DNA of 11,098 nucleotides. Origin: a virus. Below the pieces are notes generated by a model. It did no database searches. It saw only the letters and a list, made by a program, of their open reading frames with translations, and was not told where the DNA came from. Shown here piece by piece: positions 1 through 5,577 of the stretch; the stretch's first letter is position 1; every line of letters begins with the position of its first letter. The position numbers and the translations under genes were made by a program. The stretch is from the UHGV virus genome UHGV-0320970. One strand, written 5' to 3'.

Positions 1-54
1 TGGGTACCTCCGTAAACTGACCCTGTAGAATCAGTTGTGCCAGTTGTTCATCTG

Positions 55-362
55 TTAGATTGAGTACGTGAGGAGCCCCTTCCGAAATGCACTTTCCTCA
101 GTAGCGGTTATATTTTCACGTTCATTTTTTGCGTATGCATATACGAAAAAGGCCCTTGTGCCGACGCGATAGAAAATGATTGTGCGATAACCGCCAGATT
201 TGCCGCCACCGACTCGTGGCAGACGTTGCTTGATAACGCCGTTACCCAGGTTTGCTGAGATAAGCCCGTTATCAGCCTGTTTAACAATTTCGCGCAGTGA
301 TTGGTCGGATATTTTGTTTTGCGTGCAAGTCGCTCAAACCAGGCGTTTTTAAAAATGCGCAT
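55..362 (-). pseudogene. RelE/ParE-superfamily (HigB-like) type II toxin, disrupted by a single-nucleotide frameshift in an A-run
   Basis: Minus-strand ATG at 360-362 gives MRIFKNAWFERLARK; after the A-run (plus coords ~312-320) the reading continues in another frame as ISDQSLREIVKQADNGLISANLGNGVIKQRLPRVGGGKSGGYRTIIFYRVGTRAFFVYAYAKNERENI... to TAA (55-57). The GKSGGYR ... FFxYAxAKNE pattern is typical of this toxin family. No single frame spans the gene; the track ORF 108..425 is the wrong-frame continuation. Confidence 0.5.
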
Positions 363-384
363 TTTTTGTTCCGTTATTAATGTA

Positions 385-399
385 TAACACATAGTGTTA
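385..399. promoter_or_regulatory. Perfect 6-3-6 inverted repeat TAACAC-ATA-GTGTTA just upstream of the toxin start; candidate operator
   Basis: Palindrome read directly from the sequence, 23 bp upstream of the minus-strand toxin ATG. TA operons are commonly autoregulated at such palindromes. Confidence 0.3.
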
Positions 400-428
400 C
401 ATTGCGTAGGGATCTGCAATGCCATCAG

Positions 429-459
429 TTTGACAACGTCGCGTGTTCGGGGCTATATT
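429..459 (+). promoter_or_regulatory. Candidate sigma70 promoter (TTGACA, ~19 bp spacer, TATATT) facing the nin-type operon
   Basis: Consensus -35 hexamer at 429-434 and -10-like hexamer at 454-459; the spacer is longer than optimal. Motif match only. Confidence 0.2.
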
Positions 460-704
460 CCTCACGCGCCAGCAAAACCTGGCGTCGGGATTAGCACCCC
501 GGATATCGAAACGGTGCATAACCGCGCTGGCGGTTTTTTTATGCGCTAAGCACAGTCACATTCGCGATTTATGGCGGGCTGTGTGGGGGAGCCGAAAGGC
601 TCGCCGGATGTTTCGACCGGTAGTGCTAACCCCGCACAGTTCGCCACCACGATGATTAGCACCTGACGGTGGCGAGGTAAAAATTATCGAAACGCGAGGT
701 CATT

Positions 705-1370
705 ATGGCTGTTCAAATTTCTGTCGAAAACCTTTCCCCTGTTACCTATAACCAGATCCCCGTAATTACTACTGAACTGTTGGCTCACCTTTACGGAACA
801 AAAATCAAAAACATTTCTGATAACTTTCTGAACAACACGACGCGATTCATGCCCGGAAAGCATTACTTTAAAATTGAAAAAAACGAATTACGCGAGTTTA
901 AGAACAGACCCGAAACAATCGGGTTAGTTGGTAAAAATGCCCGCTCCCTCATCCTCTGGACAGAACGCGGCGCAGCCCGTCACGCAAAAATGCTCGAAAC
1001 CGATCGGGCGTGGGAGGTATTCGAAAAACTGGAAGACTGCTATTTCAGCCAGGGAAAAACAGCACCAACCGAACAGCAGCCGCAGATTCAGCCACAATTC
1101 ACAGCCGAAGAAATCATCCTCCTTTGCTACATGCAGCTCTGGATGGAAAAAGCCCAGGACCTCAGCAAACACCTGTATCCCATTATGAAAGAGCTGAACT
1201 CCTCATACACGAACAAGCTGTATGACATTGCGTTTGAGACCATCTACATGGTGACGAAGAACAGAGACGCGCTACTAAGGGAGGTAACACGTCTCGACAT
1301 GTCAAGTTCCGTTATCCAGCGGGCCATGCCAATGCTGAAAAGCCTGCGGGCAAGACAATTTGAATTCTGA
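705..1370 (+). CDS. Phage antirepressor/regulatory-like protein (ORF6N / KilA-N / Roi-like N-terminal DNA-binding domain), 221 aa
   Basis: Long ORF with SD GAGGT 5 nt upstream of the ATG. The N-terminal ~110 aa (VITTELLAHLYGTKIKNISDNFLNN...KNELREF) resembles the N-domain of phage antirepressor-type proteins. It sits immediately upstream of ninB, as in lambdoid nin regions. Family assignment is from recall. Confidence 0.75.
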   Translation: MAVQISVENLSPVTYNQIPVITTELLAHLYGTKIKNISDNFLNNTTRFMPGKHYFKIEKNELREFKNRPETIGLVGKNARSLILWTERGAARHAKMLETDRAWEVFEKLEDCYFSQGKTAPTEQQPQIQPQFTAEEIILLCYMQLWMEKAQDLSKHLYPIMKELNSSYTNKLYDIAFETIYMVTKNRDALLREVTRLDMSSSVIQRAMPMLKSLRARQFEF

Positions 1371-1375
1371 AACTA

Positions 1376-1397
1376 AAGGAGCTTCGGCTCCTTTTTT
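1376..1397 (+). terminator. Intrinsic terminator (AAGGAGC-TTCG-GCTCCTT followed by a T-run), tR2-like position upstream of ninB
   Basis: 7-bp GC-containing stem, 4-nt loop and T6 tail, starting 6 nt after the stop codon of the preceding gene. Confidence 0.6.
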
Positions 1398-1424
1398 GTT
1401 GGGAAAATCCAGTGAGAGGGAATA

Positions 1425-1835
1425 ATGAACCAGACTATCTTCCTCCGAAGTAAACAGCAGCAACAATTCGCCATTAACGCCATCCTTGCAACAACTCTCG
1501 ATAAAGACAAACCCGTTACGATCCGCATCACCGATTACAAGCGGAATCTCGATCAAAATGCCAAATTTCACGCGATGGTCGCTGATATCTCCCGACAGGT
1601 TCAGTGGTGCGGCAGATGGCTAAAACCAGAACAGTGGAAAGTTTTGTTAATCAGCGGTCATGCCGTGGCTACAAAACAGGAAGCTGATGTTTTGCCAGGT
1701 CTTGAAGGTGAATACGTCAATATCCGCGAAAGCAGTGCGCAGATGAGCGTGAAGCGTATGGCAAGCCTGATTGAGTACACAACTTCCTGGGCTGTGGAGC
1801 AGGGTGTCAGATTTACCGACAGGAGGTATGAATGA
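1425..1835 (+). CDS. ninB: NinB-like recombination protein (136 aa)
   Basis: Translation ...[38 protein letters not shown]... aligns by eye with lambda NinB (...RNRSLDQNRKLWACLGDVSRQVEWHGRWL...). SD GAGGG upstream; the stop overlaps the next start. Confidence 0.9.
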   Translation: MNQTIFLRSKQQQQFAINAILATTLDKDKPVTIRITDYKRNLDQNAKFHAMVADISRQVQWCGRWLKPEQWKVLLISGHAVATKQEADVLPGLEGEYVNIRESSAQMSVKRMASLIEYTTSWAVEQGVRFTDRRYE

Positions 1836-2023
1836 GACGACAGCGACGAAGCATTACCGATATAGTCTGTGAAAACTGCAATTACCTTCCAACGAAACGC
1901 TCCCGAAATAAACCCAGGCCAATCCCCAACGAATCTGATGTAAAAACCTTCAATTATACGTCTCACCTGTGGGATGTCCGGTGGCTCAGACGTCGTGCAA
2001 GATTTAATAGTCACTCCGGATAG
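1832..2023 (+). CDS. ninE: NinE-like protein (63 aa)
   Basis: [56 protein letters not shown] matches the lambdoid NinE family. The start overlaps the ninB stop (ATGA), the canonical gene order. Confidence 0.85.
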   Translation: MRRQRRSITDIVCENCNYLPTKRSRNKPRPIPNESDVKTFNYTSHLWDVRWLRRRARFNSHSG

Positions 2024-2043
2024 TTCAATGTACGAGGAATAAG

Positions 2044-2337
2044 ATGATGGCAAACCTACGCAAAGAAGCGCGTGGCAGAGAATGTCAGGTACGGATTTAC
2101 GGCGTATGCAATGGCAATCCTGAAACTACAGTTTTGGCGCATTACCGAATAGCTGGAATTTGCGGAACGGGAATGAAGCCAGATGACCTGTTGGCTGCAT
2201 GGGCCTGTAGTGACTGCCATAATGAAATCGATCGCCGTACTCGCATTCTCGACAACAACGACGCCAGACTTTACCACCTGGAAGGCGTGATCAGGACGCA
2301 GGCGATATTGCTGAAGGAGGGGAAGATTAAGTCATGA
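2044..2337 (+). CDS. ybcO: YbcO-like DUF1364 protein (Cys/His-rich putative nuclease), 97 aa
   Basis: ARGRECQVRIYGVCNGNPETTVLAH...CSDCHNEIDRR pattern matches the DLP12 YbcO family. Tandem ATGs at 2044 and 2047; the stop overlaps the rusA start. Confidence 0.8.
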   Translation: MMANLRKEARGRECQVRIYGVCNGNPETTVLAHYRIAGICGTGMKPDDLLAAWACSDCHNEIDRRTRILDNNDARLYHLEGVIRTQAILLKEGKIKS

Positions 2338-2696
2338 ATGAATATGAGTTTGTGCTTCCCTGGCCGCCGACGGTGAATACCTACTGGCGAAGACGGGGAA
2401 GCCAGTACTACATCAGCGATAAAGTCCAGAAATACCGAAAAGACGTACAGCAAATCATCCGGCAACTCAGATTAGACATTTTCACTAAATCACGACTTCG
2501 CATCACAATTATTGCTGAACCACCAGACTCCCGCCGTCGCGACCTCGATAACATCCTGAAAGGTTTACTCGACTCTCTTATCCACGCCGGATTTGCGGAA
2601 GACGACGAGCAATTCGATGACATTCGCGTAATTCGCGGCGTGAAAGTGCCTGGCGGTAGAGTGGGGATAAAAATCACCGAACTGGAGAACATTTGA
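2334..2696 (+). CDS. rusA: RusA Holliday-junction resolvase (120 aa)
   Basis: MNEYEFVLPWPPTVNTYW...RRRDLDNILKGLLDSL...DDEQFDDIRV closely parallels E. coli RusA, including the acidic catalytic region. Start overlaps the ybcO stop (ATGA). Confidence 0.92.
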   Translation: MNEYEFVLPWPPTVNTYWRRRGSQYYISDKVQKYRKDVQQIIRQLRLDIFTKSRLRITIIAEPPDSRRRDLDNILKGLLDSLIHAGFAEDDEQFDDIRVIRGVKVPGGRVGIKITELENI

Positions 2697-2890
2697 TGAA
2701 TGCTAAAATTCAAACGATACCTGAATTACTGATCTGCACCAGGGGAAATCAGACAGAAGTCGCCAGAATACTGAACTGCAATCGTGCTACAGTCAGAAAA
2801 TACATTGATGATAAAGATGCGAAAAAGCACGCCGTCGTCAATGGCGTCCTTATGGTTCATCGCGGATGGGGTAAAGATACTGATGCGTGA
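2696..2890 (+). CDS. ninH: NinH-like protein (64 aa)
   Basis: ...[52 protein letters not shown] resembles lambda NinH (HTH-like). The ATG at 2696 overlaps the rusA stop; the track start at 2693 is a TTG three nt upstream. Confidence 0.85.
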   Translation: MNAKIQTIPELLICTRGNQTEVARILNCNRATVRKYIDDKDAKKHAVVNGVLMVHRGWGKDTDA

Positions 2891-3263
2891 TATCCGGCAG
2901 GTTCTTGAGCGCTGGGGGGCATGGGCGGTAAATAACTATGAGGATGTTACATGGTCGCCCATTGCTGCCGGATTTAAGGGACTGATCCCCGAAAAAGTAA
3001 AATCACGTCCACAGTGCTGTGACGATGATGCGATGGTGATATGCGGGTGCATAGCCCGCCTTTACCGGAACAATCGCGATCTGCATGACTTGCTGGTTGA
3101 TTACTACGTGTTGGGGGAGACGTTCATGGCGCTGGCACGTAAGCATGGATGCTCTGATGGAACTATCGGTAAAAAATTACAGAAAGCGGAGGGCGTGGTT
3201 GAAGGGATGTTAATGTTACTTGGTGTCAGACTGGAAATGGACCGATATGCGCAACGCCTCTGA
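2883..3263 (+). CDS. Q: Late-gene antiterminator Q, short phage-82 / QuuD-like type (126 aa)
   Basis: The track ORF starts at 2784, but that portion overlaps ninH out of frame. The ATG at 2883 overlaps the ninH stop (ATGCGTGA) and gives [24 protein letters not shown]...[12 protein letters not shown]...[10 protein letters not shown], which matches short Q antiterminators. Last gene of the nin operon, as expected. Confidence 0.85.
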   Translation: MRDIRQVLERWGAWAVNNYEDVTWSPIAAGFKGLIPEKVKSRPQCCDDDAMVICGCIARLYRNNRDLHDLLVDYYVLGETFMALARKHGCSDGTIGKKLQKAEGVVEGMLMLLGVRLEMDRYAQRL

Positions 3264-3302
3264 CAGGAGGCGTTTGCCGTTCACTATGTGAAGTGTGTCA
3301 AT

Positions 3303-3332
3303 TTGTGAGCGTTATGCTGTTTACTTTATAGT
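3303..3332 (+). promoter_or_regulatory. Candidate late promoter pR' / qut region (TTGTGA, 18 bp, TATAGT)
   Basis: Sits in the 131-bp gap directly downstream of Q, where lambdoid phages carry pR' and the Q-utilisation site. Hexamer match only; the exact promoter is not certain. Confidence 0.3.
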
Positions 3333-3394
3333 ACAGGGACGTAAGAGTTATCTACCTGTTAATAACATATATACAACAATGAACAGGGGGCAAA

Positions 3395-3988
3395 ATGGAC
3401 ATTGAAGATTTTCTGGAGGCGGAAGACAATGATCTGTCTCTGTGGAATGATGATATTTTAAGCATTGACTGGTTCGTTATCCTCAAAGAGCTTTTGAAAT
3501 ACCAGAACAGGTTAAAGTTAAACTATTCAGAATTACTTCTGCTGGCTAATTTTGTTTCATTTCACCAGGACGTAGATTCGCAAACATTACCATCAATATC
3601 TCTTTTTGCCACCAGAATGCGTGCATCTCGTGCCATTATAGAAGAAGGCTTTCAACGCCTGGAGGAGAAAGGGATGTTGCAGAAGATAAGTTATGCTCAA
3701 ATCGGTCATGATTATGATTTGCGGAACGTTTATGACATCAAGCCATTAATTCGTAAGTTAATTGAGGTGCTGAAAACCGAGTATGATAAAAAGCACACTT
3801 GCCCCCTCTGCGGCAAAATAGCTGTCTCTGATGAGGAAATTGAGAAAAAATTCGGATTCAGAATTTGCGGGAATAAGAAAAGGCCGCAAAGCTGGTGCCG
3901 TTCATGCAGAAGCACGAAACAACGCAGACTGAATTCATCGCTAATTGGCAAAAAAAAGCCCCGAAAATCTCCGCCCGAGGTGGTGTGA
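3395..3988 (+). CDS. Moron-like hypothetical protein, 197 aa: acidic N-terminus, winged-helix-like core, C-terminal zinc-ribbon-like motif and basic tail
   Basis: Strong SD AGGGGG 6 nt before the ATG. Visibly more AT-rich than the nin genes. Core ...RASRAIIEEGFQRLEEKGMLQKI... resembles a winged-helix recognition region. C-terminus has CPLCG ... CRSCR and a Lys/Arg-rich tail. I recognise no family. Confidence 0.7.
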   Translation: MDIEDFLEAEDNDLSLWNDDILSIDWFVILKELLKYQNRLKLNYSELLLLANFVSFHQDVDSQTLPSISLFATRMRASRAIIEEGFQRLEEKGMLQKISYAQIGHDYDLRNVYDIKPLIRKLIEVLKTEYDKKHTCPLCGKIAVSDEEIEKKFGFRICGNKKRPQSWCRSCRSTKQRRLNSSLIGKKKPRKSPPEVV

Positions 3989-4101
3989 AGCGTCGCGGAA
4001 CCCCGGATTCCACTCACGATTGAACGAGGTGCTAAAAAGTATTTTACGTACGTAAAAATCTGCATATCATGATAAGAGTGGTTACATTGCCACGCTGCTT
4101 A

Positions 4102-4126
4102 ACCCGCCGATGCGCGGGTTTTTTTG
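4102..4126 (+). terminator. Intrinsic terminator (ACCCGC-CGATGC-GCGGGT followed by a T-run)
   Basis: GC-rich 6-bp stem followed by T7, about 110 nt downstream of the moron gene stop. Candidate tR'-equivalent or moron terminator. Confidence 0.6.
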
Positions 4127-4305
4127 TACCCAGAATCCTGTGAGCTATACGGAAAGTACACAGAAAGGAAGGTACGACCGCAATTAATAACAAAATCTTA
4201 AAAATCTCATATGGCACTATTAGTTTTCTAAATATTGTATATTTTAAGTATTGCAGGATAACCCTGTAACGAAGTTTGCGTAACAGCATTTTGCTCTACG
4301 AGTTT

Positions 4306-4336
4306 GCCAGCCTCCCCTGGTGGCTGGCTTTTTTTG
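4306..4336 (+). terminator. Intrinsic terminator (GCCAGCC-TCCCCTGGT-GGCTGGC followed by a T-run)
   Basis: Perfect 7-bp GC-rich stem, 9-nt loop and T7 tail. Confidence 0.65.
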
Positions 4337-4421
4337 TATCCGTTCAACGGGAATGTTACATACCTCACAATTAAGTCAGTTGAATGTTGTCTGCCCGGAT
4401 GAGAATTTGTTAGAAAAAACT

Positions 4422-4450
4422 GCATGGTGAATCCCCCTGAGCGGAGGGGC
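4422..4450. repeat. Outer inverted repeat P1 (29 bp), left copy
   Basis: GCATGGTGAATCCCCCTGAGCGGAGGGGC; its reverse complement recurs at 4817-4845 with one mismatch. Confidence 0.85.
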
Positions 4451-4520
4451 GACTGGTGACGGTATAATCTCTGATTATCAAAACGAGAATGACGCGGGTT
4501 TAGTGGCACCGGGCTGAACT

Positions 4521-4575
4521 CACCGGGAGGCACCCGGCACCATGCAATGGCACATAGCGCCACTCTCCAGCCCCT
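4521..4575. repeat. Repeat unit 'a' (55 bp), left arm of a perfect inverted repeat
   Basis: CACCGGGAGGCACCCGGCACCATGCAATGGCACATAGCGCCACTCTCCAGCCCCT; exact reverse complement at 4708-4762 (55/55). Confidence 0.95.
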
Positions 4576-4707
4576 CTCCGGAGGGGCTTTCTTATGGACA
4601 AAAAAGCCCGCGCTGGGAGACGCGGGCGGCAAGGAATAAACAATAAAACGTGAAGTAATATTTCAGCTGGCGAATAATACCCCATAGTAATCACTCTGCG
4701 CAACTGC
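4576..4707. repeat. Spacer S (132 bp) enclosed by the 'a' inverted repeat; contains convergent terminator-like hairpins
   Basis: Plus-strand hairpin GCCCCTC-TCCG-GAGGGGC followed by TTTCTT at the a/S boundary. Minus-strand hairpin GCCCGCG...CGCGGGC followed by a T-run (plus coords ~4600-4627). A near-identical copy of S lies at 10917-11049. Confidence 0.85.
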
Positions 4708-4762
4708 AGGGGCTGGAGAGTGGCGCTATGTGCCATTGCATGGTGCCGGGTGCCTCCCGGTG
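4708..4762. repeat. Repeat unit a' (inverted copy of 'a')
   Basis: Exact reverse complement of 4521-4575. Confidence 0.95.
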
Positions 4763-4816
4763 AATTCAGTACCAGCACCTGAATCCGCGATTATCCCATA
4801 TACCTACTCGCTGATT

Positions 4817-4845
4817 GCCCCTCCGCACAGGGGGATTCACCATGC
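4817..4845. repeat. Outer inverted repeat P1', right copy
   Basis: Reverse complement of 4422-4450 with a single mismatch. Confidence 0.85.
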
Positions 4846-4891
4846 CAGTTTCTTTTAACAAACTCCCCGCAAACCAGACAACAGTCAACCG

Positions 4892-4946
4892 CCGGCACCA
4901 TGCAATGGCACATAGCGCCACTCTCCAGCCCCTCTCCGGAGGGGCT
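4892..4946. repeat. Third copy of the 'a' unit, direct orientation
   Basis: 55/55 identical to 4534-4588 (CCGGCACCATGCAATGGCACATAGCGCCACTCTCCAGCCCCTCTCCGGAGGGGCT); flanks differ. Confidence 0.9.
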
Positions 4947-4981
4947 GTTTATATTGATTTTGTCAGATGTGAGTAAACTCC

Positions 4982-5317
4982 TTATGGACTTTGTTGTTTT
5001 AGCCCATAAGGACATATTTGCAGAGTGCAACGGTTATTAAAGCATTCATTCAATACGTTATCTGTATTTGTAGGGCATTCCTGGCTGTTTTTGATTAAAT
5101 TCCAGAATGTTTTATTGAATGGTACTACGTTGTAAATGGTTACAGGTAGCACTTTGTTATTGAGCATGATGCCTGTGTGAGTCAGTGTAAATATACTTTC
5201 AGGAGGTAAGAAAGCATCCGATTGATACCAGATTATTAATTTTATTTTACTCCATATGACTGAAAAAGATATTCCGCATGATGGCTGGATAACTGTATCA
5301 ATCACAATCCACTTCAT
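4982..5317 (-). CDS. Hypothetical protein (111 aa) in an AT-rich island, orientation opposite to neighbours
   Basis: ORF with plausible SD AAGGAA 6 nt upstream of the ATG on the minus strand. Very AT-rich and similar to nothing I recognise; could be a spurious ORF. Confidence 0.3.
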   Translation of the reverse strand: MKWIVIDTVIQPSCGISFSVIWSKIKLIIWYQSDAFLPPESIFTLTHTGIMLNNKVLPVTIYNVVPFNKTFWNLIKNSQECPTNTDNVLNECFNNRCTLQICPYGLKQQSP

Positions 5318-5577
5318 TTAGTTTCCTTGTTTATGCCTTGCTGGTGATGTTCTGAAAAGTATAAATGATATTTTTGATTGTAAACCATAGAGCAGAATTA
5401 TTTTTCTGATGTTGTTTATTGTTTATTTAAATGCAGGGTGGTTTATATCTCGTCTTGTAGTTTATCCATGCATATCTGCTTGATGATGAGGTTTTTATTT
5501 AAGGTATGGTTTTGTGTTTTTTCTGTATTACATGTCAGGTATTTTAAAGAATCATTTTTCAGATGGTGGAAAGAACC

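Noticed and set aside
443-655. Plus-strand 70-aa ORF between the toxin gene and the antirepressor-like gene
   Set aside because: No RBS and an Arg/Pro-rich low-complexity translation. The region is better explained as a divergent promoter/regulatory interval.
924-1225. Alternative-frame and antisense ORFs overlapping the antirepressor-like gene (924..1172 minus, 928..1188 plus, 1010..1225 plus)
   Set aside because: They lie entirely inside a longer, better-supported ORF and show no recognisable features.
2784-2882. Upstream extension of the Q ORF (track start 2784)
   Set aside because: This portion overlaps ninH in a different frame and adds a non-conserved N-terminal extension. The ATG at 2883, overlapping the ninH stop, matches the compact translationally coupled organisation and gives a Q of the expected short size.
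4538-4645. Small peptide ORF starting at the ATG inside the 'a' unit (MQWHIAPLSSPSPEG...)
   Set aside because: The downstream reading frame and C-terminus differ in every copy of the unit (34 aa, ~32 aa and ~46 aa with unrelated tails), so the conservation is at DNA/RNA level, not protein level.
4422-4946. Possible CRISPR array suggested by the repeated 55-bp unit
   Set aside because: There are only three or four copies, in mixed orientation, with irregular spacing and palindromic arrangement. No regular direct repeat-spacer periodicity and no cas genes.
3989-5577. tRNA genes or stx-type toxin genes, expected in the post-Q slot of Stx-like phages
   Set aside because: I found no tRNA-like T-arm/acceptor motifs (GTTCRANTC with a CCA-compatible end) and no ORFs resembling StxA/StxB. 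The slot holds the moron gene, terminators and repeats instead.
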